The translations under genes and the position numbers were made by a program. From an uncultured delta proteobacterium (GTDB lineage Bacteria; Myxococcota_A; UBA9160; SZUA-336), in NCBI GenBank assembly GCA_963704165.1, contig CAVPHD010000011.1, positions 175,731 to 239,730 on the forward strand: 64,000 nt of DNA, given 5' to 3'. Under the pieces are notes generated by a model that was not told where the DNA came from, made no database searches, and was given only the letters and a program-made list of their open reading frames with translations. Position 1 is the first letter of the stretch, and every line of letters starts with the position of its first letter. Shown piece by piece: positions 13,648-24,070 of the stretch.

Positions 13648-14859
13648 TCAGATCGTCCGCTCTTCCGCGAGCCCGCGGAGCTCGTCCTCGGACACGCCGA
13701 GCTCGACGCCGAAGATCTCCGCGTTGTGCTCGCCGACGCGAGGTGCCGGCCGCGCGATCCGCCACGGCGTGCGCGCATGGCGAAACGGCGCGCCGGGAGT
13801 GCGCGTGCGTCCCGCACTCGGATGCTCGACGTCGACGAAGAACTCGCGCGCGGCGAGCTGCGGGTCGGCGATCAGAGCGGAGGCGTCATGGACCGGCGTG
13901 AACGCGATGTGGCGACGCTGCCCCTCGTGATAGATCTCCGCCACGCTGAAGCGCTGCGTGAGTTCGGAGATGAACAGGTCGAGAAGCTCGCGGTACTCGA
14001 TCCGCTTCGACGACGGGCCCTCGAACATCGGGTCGAGAACCTCCTCGTTGCCCGTGACGTCGTGGATCCAGCGCGCCAGGGCCTGCCAGTGCGCGGGCCG
14101 GTTGATCATCAGGTAGACGAGACCGTCGCGACACGGATACGTGCCGGACGGCACCGAGGCGAAGAGACCGGCGCCGCGCCGGCGCGGGATGATCCCGTCG
14201 TCGAGCCACTTTCCGACCCCGGTGATGTGGGTCATCGCGAGCACGACCTCCTGAATCGAGATGTCGACATGCTGACCCCGCCCGCTCCGCGTCCCGTGAA
14301 GCAACGCGATCATGCTGCTCGACGCCGCGCAGAGCGAGGCCGAGACGTGCGCTTGCTCCCCCGCGAGCCGCACCGGCGGGTCGTCGGCCTCCCCGATCAC
14401 GCCCATCGATCCGCCGAGCGCGCTCGCGACCAGGTCGGACGACTTCCAGCTTCGCCGCGGTCCGGTCTGACCGAATCCCGTGATCGAGGTCAGAACGACG
14501 CGCGGGTTCAGGCGCGCGAGCGCCGCGTAGCCGAGCCCGAGCTGATCGAGGTGCCCGGGAGCGAACGTCTCGATCACGACGTCGGCCGTTCGCACGAGGT
14601 CCCGGAAGAGCTCGCGTCCGCGCGGCCGGGCGAGATCGAGCGTGACGCCGCGCTTGCTCGTGTTCATGTACAGGAAGAACAGGCTCGCATCGGGGTGCGC
14701 GGCGCCCGAACGGAACGGTGGAACGCGCCGCGTCGCATCGCCGCCGGGTGTCTCGATCTTGATGACGTCCGCGCCCATGTCGGCGAGCAGCTTGCCGCAG
14801 TAGGCGCCGCTCTCGTCGGCCAGATCGAGGACGCGCCGGCCGTGCAGCGCCCCGGTCAA
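13648..14859 (-). CDS. Family III CoA transferase partner subunit (Asp position is His)
   Basis: RVLDLADESGAYCGKLLADMGADVIKIE, NTSKRG, PVRLAGEQAHVSAS; TTG start overlaps the upstream stop. Confidence 0.85.
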   Translation of the reverse strand: MTGALHGRRVLDLADESGAYCGKLLADMGADVIKIETPGGDATRRVPPFRSGAAHPDASLFFLYMNTSKRGVTLDLARPRGRELFRDLVRTADVVIETFAPGHLDQLGLGYAALARLNPRVVLTSITGFGQTGPRRSWKSSDLVASALGGSMGVIGEADDPPVRLAGEQAHVSASLCAASSSMIALLHGTRSGRGQHVDISIQEVVLAMTHITGVGKWLDDGIIPRRRGAGLFASVPSGTYPCRDGLVYLMINRPAHWQALARWIHDVTGNEEVLDPMFEGPSSKRIEYRELLDLFISELTQRFSVAEIYHEGQRRHIAFTPVHDASALIADPQLAAREFFVDVEHPSAGRTRTPGAPFRHARTPWRIARPAPRVGEHNAEIFGVELGVSEDELRGLAEERTI

Positions 14860-15989
14860 CGCCCCCCGTCCAGTGCCGACGCGGCCACGAGCTCCTGCAG
14901 GTAGCGCGTGTCCCACCACGAGAGCTGAAGCTGCTTCGCGCGCCGGAAGTAGAGCTGGATGTCGTACTCGACGACGAAGCCGACTCCGCCCCAGACTTGT
15001 TGCGCCATGGCCGTGACGTCGCGGAACGTCTGGCAGGCGAAGAGCTTCGCCATCGGCGCGAGCCGATCGGCGGGCCGATCGTTCGAGATCGCCCAGGCCG
15101 CTTCGTAGACCAGCGTCTTGCCGCCGTCGATCAGCGTCGCGGCATCGGCCAGGTAGTGCGAGATCGCCTGGAACGAGCCGATCTGCTTGTCGAACTGCTT
15201 GCGCTCCTTCGCGTACTCGACGGTGATCTCGAGCGCGCGCTCGGCTCCGCCCATCGCCTGCGCCGCGAGCAGGACGATTCCGCTCTGCATCGCCCGGCTC
15301 CACGTCGCCCAGCCCGTGCCCTTCGCGCCGATCCGGGCCGACGCCGGCACACGCACGTCGGAGAAGTCGACGCGGTACTGTGTATCGGAGGCGAGGCTGC
15401 GCTGCTGCGTCGCCTCGACACCGGGAGACGCCGGGTCGACGAGCAGGAGATCGATCTCGTCGCGCGCGTCACCGCTTCGCGCGAGCACGAGCCATCGCGT
15501 CGCGGAGCGCGCGAACGGCACGTGCAGCTTGGTTCCGCGCAGACGGTACCCGTCGGCGATCGGCTCCGCGACGAGCTGGACGCCCTCGGGACCGAAGCCG
15601 CGCTTCGGCTCGAGCCAGGCGGGCGCGAGGATGCACTCGCCGGCCGCCAGCTTCGGCAGCAGGGCGCGCTTCTGTTCTTCGTCGCCCGAAAGCCGGAGGG
15701 CCGTCGCCCCGAGCACCGAGCTCGCGAAATACGGCGACGGCGCGAGCGCCCGGCCGAGTTCTTCGAAGACCACGGCGCCGTCGAGCAGGGTCTGAGCGGA
15801 TCCGCCGTAGGATTCCGGAATCAGGAGCCCGAGCAGACCGAGCGCGCCCATCTGCTTCCAGAGCTCCGCAGGGTACCCGATCGGATCGTCCTCCATCGCG
15901 CGCACGACACCGATCGGCGAGAAGTCGCGACAGACTCCCCGCACCATCTCTCGCAGCATCTCCTGCTCTTCGCTCCAGTCGAGATCCAT
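14856..15989 (-). CDS. Acyl-CoA dehydrogenase, beta-type subunit of a heteromeric ACAD
   Basis: YAKERKQFDKQIGSFQAISH, QVWGGVGFVVEYDIQLYFRRAK; no IxGG/EG C-terminal motif. Confidence 0.85.
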   Translation of the reverse strand: MDLDWSEEQEMLREMVRGVCRDFSPIGVVRAMEDDPIGYPAELWKQMGALGLLGLLIPESYGGSAQTLLDGAVVFEELGRALAPSPYFASSVLGATALRLSGDEEQKRALLPKLAAGECILAPAWLEPKRGFGPEGVQLVAEPIADGYRLRGTKLHVPFARSATRWLVLARSGDARDEIDLLLVDPASPGVEATQQRSLASDTQYRVDFSDVRVPASARIGAKGTGWATWSRAMQSGIVLLAAQAMGGAERALEITVEYAKERKQFDKQIGSFQAISHYLADAATLIDGGKTLVYEAAWAISNDRPADRLAPMAKLFACQTFRDVTAMAQQVWGGVGFVVEYDIQLYFRRAKQLQLSWWDTRYLQELVAASALDGGR

Positions 15990-16007
15990 CGCTCGTTTCC
16001 TTCGACG

Positions 16008-16490
16008 TTACGGCTGCCACGCCTGGCCGCGGCGCTTCCAGGGGTTGTCCGATTCGCTCGCGGGAAGCGCGATGCGGGCGACGCAGCTCATCATGGTCTC
16101 CTCCTTCACCGCGAGATCGATCGAGACGCTCGCCCAACGACAGCCGGCGTCGTCGGTCGAGACACCATCGACGCTGCCGCGAAACACCATGGTGTCGCCC
16201 GGGCAGACCGACTTGCGGATCTTGAACTTCATGCGCCCCAGACGCCCCAGAGGGCCGGTCCAGTCCGAGAGGAAGCGTTCGAACCACGCGACCATGTTCG
16301 GCGTGTTGAGGAAGATGTCCCGCACGCCCTGGTGGATTGCGAACGCCTTGTCGTGGTGCATCGGCCGCCAGTCCCGCGCGGCCAGCGCGCCGAGGACCAC
16401 CGTCGTCGCCGACACGTCCACCGCGAGCTCGGGAAGCGAGTCCCCGGGCTTCACCTGATCCGCGAAGAGGACGTGGAACGCCGCTCCCAC
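16008..16490 (-). CDS. MaoC family hydratase (ChsH1-like)
   Basis: VVLGALAARDWRPMHHDK, RDIFLNTP, LSDWTGP; GTG start inferred. Confidence 0.8.
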   Translation of the reverse strand: MGAAFHVLFADQVKPGDSLPELAVDVSATTVVLGALAARDWRPMHHDKAFAIHQGVRDIFLNTPNMVAWFERFLSDWTGPLGRLGRMKFKIRKSVCPGDTMVFRGSVDGVSTDDAGCRWASVSIDLAVKEETMMSCVARIALPASESDNPWKRRGQAWQP

Positions 16491-16492
16491 GC

Positions 16493-17011
16493 TCAGTCCC
16501 TCCGGTAGCCGAAGCAGTTGTAGCTCTCGGTGCCCACCCACTCGTCGCGCTGGTTGCGGTACTCGACCTCGATGACCCAGAAGCGACCGGTGCCGAGCTT
16601 GTTGGTCCTCGGCTCGGAGATCGAGCGCAGCGTCTGCACGCTTCGCAGTCGGTCGCCGGGGCGCACCGGCTCGCCGAACGTCAGCTCGTTGTCGGCGATG
16701 ATCGCCTCGGGGAGCGCGAGCTCCCGCTTCAAGCGGAAGTGCATTTCGAGGGGAAGGCGCTCCTCGCGCCGGCCCGGCGCCCAGTGGTGCGGACGAAGCC
16801 ACACCGACAACATGCTCGGCGGCGCGATCGGCCCGTCGGTGATCGAGCGCGCGACGTCCTCGTCCCAGTACAGCGGATTGCCGTTCTCGACGGAGGCGCA
16901 GCTCGTGGCGATGTAGCCGCGCTCGATCTCGAACTCGCCGACGTCCTCGACGAGCGGCTTTCCGATCCAGGACCGCACGTGTTCGGGGAGCTCGGGAAGC
17001 GGGCTCGTCAC
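16493..17011 (-). CDS. MaoC-like dehydratase N-terminal-type hotdog protein
   Basis: VENGNPLYWD, IAPPSML, PVRPGDRL, TNKLGTGRF, YRNQRDE. Confidence 0.8.
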   Translation of the reverse strand: MTSPLPELPEHVRSWIGKPLVEDVGEFEIERGYIATSCASVENGNPLYWDEDVARSITDGPIAPPSMLSVWLRPHHWAPGRREERLPLEMHFRLKRELALPEAIIADNELTFGEPVRPGDRLRSVQTLRSISEPRTNKLGTGRFWVIEVEYRNQRDEWVGTESYNCFGYRRD

Positions 17012-18178
17012 GCGACCACTCCTTCGGCGTGCAGACGCTCGATCTCCGCATCGCTCACGCCGGCGCCGCGCAAGAGCTCGCGCGTGTCGGTGCCGGACCC
17101 CGCGCGGATCTCGCTCGATCGTTCGCGGCTCGCCCCGGCCAGGATCGGGGCGAGCTGGCGCAGCGCACCGTGCTCCGCATGCGTCGCCGTCGTGAACGAT
17201 CGGCGTTCGCCGAGGTGCGGATCCTGAATCAGCTCCGGAACCGAGTAGACCGGCGACACGCAGGTATCTCGCGGCGCCAGCTCGGCGATCCACTCGTCGC
17301 GATCGCGGCACGCGAAACGCCGCGCGGAAGGCCGCGCGGATCTCGTCCTGCCGCTCATCGTCGAGCTGGTGGGGAATCCAGACCTCGAGACCCAGCGCCC
17401 GACACAGATTCGCGTAGAACGCCGGCTCGATCGCGGCCACCGCGATCGAGCGGCCGTCGCGCGCCGCGTACACGTCGTAGCAGGCGTAGCGGCCGGTCAG
17501 GATGTCGCTTCCCGGCCCCGGCTCGTCGCCCGGTCGCGAGAAAGCCGTCGATCGAGAGCGACATCAACGAGAGCACACCGTCGGTGACCGAGACGTCGAG
17601 GTGCATCCCGTCGGACGAGCGCCCGCGCCGCAACAGCGCAGCGAGGATCGCGATCGCCGCGTGCATGCCGCCGCCCGCGGCGTCGGCGACGCTGGCACCC
17701 GGAAGCGCCGGAGTCCCGTCGGCCCGCCGGCCCGTGCACGCGAGGTAGCCGCCGAGCGCCAGGTAGTTCAGATCGTGCCCCGCCCACTGCGCGTAGGGTC
17801 CGGTCTGGCCGTAGCCGCTCGTCGAACAGTAGACGATGCGCGGATTCAGACGCCGGACCTCGTCGTAGCCGATGCCGATCCGGTCGGCGACGCCGGGACG
17901 GAAGCTCTCGATCCAGACGTCGGCGGATTCCACCAGGCGCAGCAGCGCGCGCCGACCCTCGGGATGCTTCAGATCGACCTGCAATCGCCGCATGACCCCG
18001 ACCCGCGCCGTAGCTGTGGAACGGCGGCTGGATCTGCACCGAGCCTTTGCGCGGCGGCGGTCCGACCTTGATCACGTCGGCGCCGTAGTCCGCGAGGATG
18101 CGCGAGCAGCGCGAAGCCGGCCCGACGCTCGAGAAGTCGAGCACGCGGAAGCCCTCGAGGAGAGGTTGCGCACGACAC
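17008..18178 (-). CDS. CaiB/BaiF family CoA transferase / alpha-methylacyl-CoA racemase-like, frameshifted
   Basis: LLEGFRVLDFSSVGP, ESFRPGV, GYGQTGPY, GHDLNYLALGG (racemase-type His motif), VADAAGGG, YDVY, AIEPAFY, spread over several frames. Confidence 0.78.
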
Positions 18179-18185
18179 GGCCCGC

Positions 18186-19380
18186 TCAGAAGTTGCGCGG
18201 GAGCCCGAGCTTGCGCCGCGCGATGATGTTCTTCTGGATCTCCGACGCGCCGCCGCCGATGGTCTCGACCACCGTGCAGCGATAGCTCGTGTCCGGCCGT
18301 CCCCTGCATCGGCGCGTCCGCCTCGCCGATGCGCAGCTGCGCCGTCGGCGCCGCCGATGTCGAGCGACGCGTTGGCGACGCGCTGCGAGAGCTGCGTCGC
18401 GTAGAGCTTGTACTCGACGCCTCGCCGGTCGGCGCGGCCCCACCCTTCATCGACTTCGCGACGAAGCGCAGGCCCGAGCACGCGCGCGACCTCGGTCTCG
18501 GTCAGCGAGCCGCGCGATCCGCTGCGCGGATGACCGGGTCTTCGCGCAGCGGCTGGCCGTCGCGCTCCTCGCTCGCGACGTACTCGCGCAGAGAGCTCGA
18601 CCCGCTCCTCGATCGGCGAGAACGTGAACATCGTGAAGCGTTCGAGATCGAGCGCTTCGGAGATGTACTGAAAGCCCCGGTTCAGCTCGCCGACCCGGTA
18701 GTCGTCGCCGACGTAGACGTTGTCGAAGAACACCTGGTTGGTGATCTCCGCTCGCCGATCGTCGGCATCGCGCTGCACGGTCAGTCCCGGGGAATCCATC
18801 GGGAGCAGGAACAGGGTGATGCCGTCGTGCTTGGCCCGCGTCGGAGTCGGTGCGCGCCCCGACCCAGTACCACTCGCGCGAAGTGCGCCGAGGTCGTGAA
18901 GATCTTCTGGCCGTTGAGCCGCCAGCCGTCGCCCTCGCGCGTCGCCTTGAGCTGCATCGCGGCGGCATCGGAGCCCGCCTGCGGCTCGCTGTAGCCGATC
19001 GCGAACTCGATCGTCGTTGCGTGAGGATCTTCGGCAGGAACTCGCGCTTGAGCTTCTCGCTGCCGTGGCGGATCAGCGTCTTGCCGATGATGCCGACGCC
19101 CTTGCCGATCTGCGGCGCGCCGCCGGCGCGCCAGGCACTCGTTCAGCAGGAACTCGTAGATCCCGTCGGCCTCGCTGCCGCCGTACTCCTTCGGCCAGGT
19201 CATGCCGAGCCAGCCGCGCTCGCCGATCTTCTTCATGAAGGCGCGACGCTTCGGCGTGTCGACGAGCTGCGCCATGTTCTCGCGGCTCGGGTCCATGACT
19301 TCGGGATCGTGGTTCTCGTCGAGGAAGCGCTCGACCTCCACCACGAACGCCTTCTGCTCGTCGGTGAAATCGAAATCCAC
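18186..19380 (-). CDS. Acyl-CoA dehydrogenase, alpha-type subunit (FadE26/FadE29-like), frameshifted
   Basis: GWLGMTWPKEYGG, FAIGYSEPQAGSD, NGQKIFTTSAH, TNQVFFDNV, ALDLERF, TIGGGASEIQKNIIA. Confidence 0.82.
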
Positions 19381-19394
19381 CGCTGGGAATCTCC

Positions 19395-19408
19395 TCACTC
19401 GCGAGTCA
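19395..19408. promoter_or_regulatory. 14-bp imperfect palindrome TCACTCGCGAGTCA, candidate operator
   Basis: Perfect core ACTCGCGAGT just upstream of the ACAD start; matches 28406-28419. Confidence 0.4.
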
Positions 19409-19448
19409 GATGGAAACTACCACAGATCGGAGGTCCGGGAGCGCCCGC

Positions 19449-19901
19449 CTAGACGAGCGTCCAGCTCGGTAGCACCACCCCGGCCTGATCGTGGAAGCGA
19501 ACCGAGACGCGGCGTCCGATCGCGACCGCCTCGGCTTCGCCGTCGCTGCGCAGCAGCCGCCCGTCGCGATCGACCAGGTATCCGACCAGTCGCACGCCTT
19601 CGTCGAGCTCCACGAGCAGGAGCACGTACGGAACCCGGTCGGCAAAGGCCGGCAGCGTCGGTGGCCGCATCACCGTCCAGGAGGCCACGAAGCCGTCGCC
19701 CGAGACCTTCGTCCACACGGGGTCGGGGGATTGGCAGCTCGAGCAGATCGGTCGCGGCTGCCAGAGCCACTTCGCGCACGAGGCGCAGCGCTGGATCCGC
19801 AGCTCCCCGCTTCGGCACCCGTCCCAGAACGGCTGCGTGTCCGCGTCGGGCACCGGCACGGGAAACATCCGGGATGGATCGGCTGCGAGATCGGTCACCA
19901 C
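19449..19901 (-). CDS. DUF35 Zn-ribbon/OB-fold protein
   Basis: PFWDG, IQRCASC, PICSSC, VPYVLLLVELDEG. Confidence 0.88.
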   Translation of the reverse strand: MVTDLAADPSRMFPVPVPDADTQPFWDGCRSGELRIQRCASCAKWLWQPRPICSSCQSPDPVWTKVSGDGFVASWTVMRPPTLPAFADRVPYVLLLVELDEGVRLVGYLVDRDGRLLRSDGEAEAVAIGRRVSVRFHDQAGVVLPSWTLV

Positions 19902-21046
19902 GGCTCCTTCGAGAAGACGATCGCACCGGTCGGAACCACGTTGCCGCTCGTGACCAGGCTATGCCGCACGTCGTCGACCTGCGTGGTGGAGCTGCCGCGA
20001 ACCTGACGCACGCCCTCGACGAGCAGATTGAAGCCGTGTACGTACGCTTCGGACAAGCCGCCGCCGCTGGTGTTGTACGGCGGGTTCTTGCCCTCGGCCA
20101 TGTAGGCGGGCGACTCGCCCTCGCCGCAGAACCCATACTCCTCGAAGCCGAGCGGAATCTGCGGCGTGAACGCGTCGTAGATCTGCACCACGTCGATGTC
20201 GCGCGGCGTGAGGCCCGTATTCCTCCAGAGCTCGGGAGCGACCCAGCGCGACGGCGTCACGCCGAGCTTCTCGCCGTAGTAGAACGTCATCGCGGTCATC
20301 TGCGGTCCCGATCCCATCGCGAACCCGGTGACGTACGCGGGCGTCGCGCGCAGGTCGGCCGCCCGCTCGGCGCTCGTCAGCACCATCGCCATCGCACCGT
20401 CGGTCTCGAGGCAGCAGTCGAAGAGGCGCAGCGGATCCGCGACCATGCGGGAACCGAGGTAGTCCTCCATGGTCAGCGGCTTCTGCATCATCGCCGCCGG
20501 GTTGCGCCGCGCGTGCTGGCGCTGCGTCACCGCGACGCGGCCGGTGACCTCGGGGGTCCATCCGTACTTGTGGATCCAGTAGCGCGCGTGGAGCGCCATT
20601 CCGTCGACGGGCCGGACGAGGCCGTAGGGGCGCTCGAACTGATCTTGACCGGTCGCGTGAAGCTGGCTCAGCCAGGGACGACCGCCCGAGCTGCGGTTGC
20701 GCGAACGCCAGACGACCACGACGTCCGCCATGCCGCTCTCGATCGCAAGCGACGCGAGCCCGATCGTCGGCGCGCCCGCGCCGCCTCCGTAGTCGATCTC
20801 GCCGAACATCCGGATGTTCTGGACACCGAGGATGCGGGCCATCTCCATCTCGGTGGTGCCCTCCCACACGAAACGGAACATGCCGTCGACGTCGTTCACC
20901 GTGAGTCCCGCGTCCGCGAGCGCGCCGAGGATCGCGAGCGCGCCGTTGCGTCGCTCGGTCGTGCCGATGTTCTTCGAGAACGGCAGCGCCGCGATTCCGA
21001 CCACGGCCGCCTGCCGGTGTCGGGGTAGGTGGCTCGGGCGACTCAA
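19895..21046 (-). CDS. Thiolase-fold aldolase-like (lipid-transfer) protein
   Basis: YGGGAG (no Cys), PLRLFDCCLETDG, QIYDAFTP, GGGLSEAYVHG. Confidence 0.85.
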   Translation of the reverse strand: MSRPSHLPRHRQAAVVGIAALPFSKNIGTTERRNGALAILGALADAGLTVNDVDGMFRFVWEGTTEMEMARILGVQNIRMFGEIDYGGGAGAPTIGLASLAIESGMADVVVVWRSRNRSSGGRPWLSQLHATGQDQFERPYGLVRPVDGMALHARYWIHKYGWTPEVTGRVAVTQRQHARRNPAAMMQKPLTMEDYLGSRMVADPLRLFDCCLETDGAMAMVLTSAERAADLRATPAYVTGFAMGSGPQMTAMTFYYGEKLGVTPSRWVAPELWRNTGLTPRDIDVVQIYDAFTPQIPLGFEEYGFCGEGESPAYMAEGKNPPYNTSGGGLSEAYVHGFNLLVEGVRQVRGSSTTQVDDVRHSLVTSGNVVPTGAIVFSKEPW

Positions 21047-21136
21047 GCTGCGACGCCTCGAACGCGCGAACTCCGAGCGGGTGGCTTCGTCATCGAGCGG
21101 GATTCTGCCAGCTCGAGGCCGACCGGGGAAAGGCGG

Positions 21137-22170
21137 TCACGGACGGATCTCGTCGATCAGACCCCAACGCTTCGCTTTCGGCGCGTCGAGACGCTCGCCC
21201 GAGAGCGCGAGCCACGCCGTGCGCTGACGTCCGATCCGACGCGGCAGGCTGACCGTCCCCCCCGCGCCGGGCACGAGTCCCATCGAGAGCTCGGGAAGCT
21301 GGAAGAACGCACCCTCGTTCGCAACCACGCGGCCCGCGAACGCGGGCAGCTCGACCCCCGCTCCGACGCAGGCGCCGTGCAGCTCCGCGCGAACCCGATC
21401 CGCGCAGAGCGCCAGACTCCGGGCGGCGCTGCGCGCGCAGCGAACGGAGTGCGCGATGACGGGGTCGGGTCGCGTTCCGAACTCGTCGAGATCCCCGCCG
21501 CTGCAGAACGAGGGACCGACACCCGAGAGGATCACCTCGCGAATCGACCCGTCGCAGACCGCGAGCTGCAGTCCCTCGACCAGCGCGTCGCGCATCGCCG
21601 CCGAGAATGCGTTGCGCCGCGCGGGCCGGTTGAGCACGAGGCGCAGGACGTCGGAATCCCGCTGCACGGTGACGGCCGGCTCGCCCGCGTTCGGCGGAAG
21701 CGGCCGAACCTCACGACTCGCGCGCCAGCGCGCGAACTCGGAGCCGCTCTGCAGCATCGAGTACACCAGCGACTCGGCGACCAACCCATCGTAGAGATCG
21801 AGCCCGACGCCGAGGCGCAGAAGCTGGACCAGGGCCTGCGAAGCGAGCGGCGTACGCCGCACGGTCTCGACGATCGGTGCGAGCTCGGCGCTCGACCCGA
21901 CGACCACGTCGAAGCGGTCGACCAGCGCCGCGAGGGCGAACGGTCTCGGCTCGCCCGCGATCGCGACGGTCGGGCACGGCAGTCGGGCGATCGCGACGGC
22001 GGCCGCCTCGATCGCGACGCGAGAGAGCGGCGCGCCGGGTCGGTCGAGATCGACGATCAGGATCGGCGCTCCGCTCTGCGGCGAGAACGCCTCCATCGCA
22101 TCGGGCGAGGCCAGTCGCTCGAGCGCCTCGCCGAGCGGCAGGATCGCGACTTCGCCCGCGGAAGCTACGA
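21137..22170 (-). CDS. Enoyl-CoA hydratase/isomerase family protein with atypical N-terminal region; start uncertain
   Basis: LNRPARRNAF, FCSGGDLDEFG, GACVGAGVE, QLPELSMGLVPGAGGT. Confidence 0.8.
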
Positions 22171-23679
22171 CGTCTCCTTCGCCGCGCGCGAAAGCTCGGA
22201 TCGGATCTGACGACGCAGAAGCTTGCCCGTTTCGTTGTACGGGAGTTCGGGACGAAACTCGATTCGCTCCGGCGTCCGTGACGAACGCAGCCGCTCGCGC
22301 GCCCAGTCCTGCAGCTCGCTCTCGAGCACGGCGTGCCCCGGCTCGAGCACCACCGCAGCCGCGACCGCCTCGCCCCACTGCTCGCTCGGAATTCCGACGA
22401 CGGCACAGTCGGCGACCGCGGGATGAGCCCGAAGGACGTCCTCGATCTCGCCCGGTGAGAGGTTCTCGCCGCCGCGCACGATCACGTCGTCGATGCGCCC
22501 CTCGACGAAGAGGTAGCCGTCTTCGTCGAGCCACCCGGCGTCGCGCGTCGGGAACCAGCCCTCGTCGTCGAGCCGCGAGCCGTGACCCAGGTATTCGCCG
22601 GAGACCTGTTCCCCGCGCACGAAGATCTCGCCGCGCGATGTCGGACCGACGGGCGTACCGGTCTCGTCGCGCACCATGAGCTCGACGCTCGGAAGCGCGC
22701 GTCCGACCGAGGTCAATCGCCGGCGGATCCGGGGATCGGCGCTCGACGCGGCTGCGCGGTGGTCGTCGGGACCGAGCACGGTGATCGTCGAGCTCGTCTC
22801 CGTCAGCCCGTAGGCGTTGGTGAAGTCGCAGCCGGGCAGGAACTGCATCGCGCGCTCGATCACTTCGAGCGGCATCCGGCCACCGCCGTACGAGATCGCG
22901 CGCAGATCGGGAAGGGGCGAGCCTCCCTCGACCGAAAGCTGCTCGACGATTCGCGCGAGCATGGTCGGGACCACGAACGCGCTCGTGATCCGCTCCTTCC
23001 GCGCCAGCTCGACCCAGCCCGCCGCGCTGAAGTTCGGCAGCTGTACGATCCGCCGGCCGGCATAGACCGAGCTCGCGATCGCCGCGATGCCGGCCACGTG
23101 GTACGGGGGCACGCTGACGAGGGTGGCGTCCTCGTCGCCGGCGGCACCGAACTCCACCGAGCCCAGGATGTAGGAGACCAGGTGCTTGTGTCGGAGCACG
23201 GCCGCCTTCGGCGCGCCGGTGGTTCCGCTCGTGAACAGAAGCACCGCGATCGCATCGGGATCGACGTCCCAGTCGCTCTCCCCCGGATCGCCCGCTCGCG
23301 CGACGCCGAGGAACGCGTCGCGCGCGAGCACGCGGCATTCGGCGAGCTCTGCAAAGGCCTTCGCGCGGTCCGGCTCGATCACGAGCTGACACGGCGAGAC
23401 CTCGGCGAGAAGTCGATCGAGCTCGGCGCCGGTCAGCCGGTAGTTCAGCGGCACGAAGGGAACGCCGGCCCACGCGCTCGCGAACAGGCCGATCGGGAAC
23501 GCGAGGCTGCTGGTGTCGAGCATCGCCAGCCGCGGGTGCCCCGATCGCGAGAGGTCGCGAGCCGCCGCGCCCGCGGCCCGAAACAGCTCGGCGTAGGTCA
23601 GCGAGACGCCCTCGCTCTGGATTGCGATCCGGTCGCCGAATCCCGAGGCGGCCATCTCGAGAAGCATCATCAGATTCAT
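22165..23679 (-). CDS. Class I adenylate-forming acyl-CoA synthetase
   Basis: LFTSGTTGAPKAA, NAYGLTE, GWFPTRD, RGGENLSPGEIE, TGKLLRR. Confidence 0.9.
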   Translation of the reverse strand: MNLMMLLEMAASGFGDRIAIQSEGVSLTYAELFRAAGAAARDLSRSGHPRLAMLDTSSLAFPIGLFASAWAGVPFVPLNYRLTGAELDRLLAEVSPCQLVIEPDRAKAFAELAECRVLARDAFLGVARAGDPGESDWDVDPDAIAVLLFTSGTTGAPKAAVLRHKHLVSYILGSVEFGAAGDEDATLVSVPPYHVAGIAAIASSVYAGRRIVQLPNFSAAGWVELARKERITSAFVVPTMLARIVEQLSVEGGSPLPDLRAISYGGGRMPLEVIERAMQFLPGCDFTNAYGLTETSSTITVLGPDDHRAAASSADPRIRRRLTSVGRALPSVELMVRDETGTPVGPTSRGEIFVRGEQVSGEYLGHGSRLDDEGWFPTRDAGWLDEDGYLFVEGRIDDVIVRGGENLSPGEIEDVLRAHPAVADCAVVGIPSEQWGEAVAAAVVLEPGHAVLESELQDWARERLRSSRTPERIEFRPELPYNETGKLLRRQIRSELSRAAKETS

Positions 23680-23682
23680 GGC

Positions 23683-23994
23683 TCAGTCCGACGAGGGGAG
23701 CGCCTTCGCTTCCTTCATCGCCAGCGGCGTTCCCCCGACGGCGAGCGAACCCTCGCCGGGCTTGGTGCAGAGCAGCTCGAGGTCGCCCGCGCCGTTCACG
23801 TAGCGCTTCCCGAGCAGCGTGCCGTTTCGCGCGTCCGGCGCGATCTCGAGTCCCGCGGGGCGCGGGGCCGCGGGGTCGAGCATCGGCGTACCGCCGCAGC
23901 GGATCTCGACCGGCGCCGCCGGCGCCTTCACGAGCATGACCTCGGTCGTGCAGACGGCGCTGCGCAATCGGCTTCCGGTCTTCAATGCTGCCAT
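23683..23994 (-). CDS. Small 103-aa hypothetical protein with internal duplication and three Cys
   Basis: GGAGG-like RBS upstream; MAALKTGSRLRSAVCTTEV...RCGGTPM...GKRYV...ELLCTKPG...GGTPL...LPSSD; 3-bp gap to the ligase gene. Confidence 0.75.
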   Translation of the reverse strand: MAALKTGSRLRSAVCTTEVMLVKAPAAPVEIRCGGTPMLDPAAPRPAGLEIAPDARNGTLLGKRYVNGAGDLELLCTKPGEGSLAVGGTPLAMKEAKALPSSD

Positions 23995-24070
23995 CGGAAC
24001 TTCCGCCTCACTCCAACCACCACGACCGACGCGTCTCGGCCGGCGCGGTACACGATACCATCTCCGCCCG

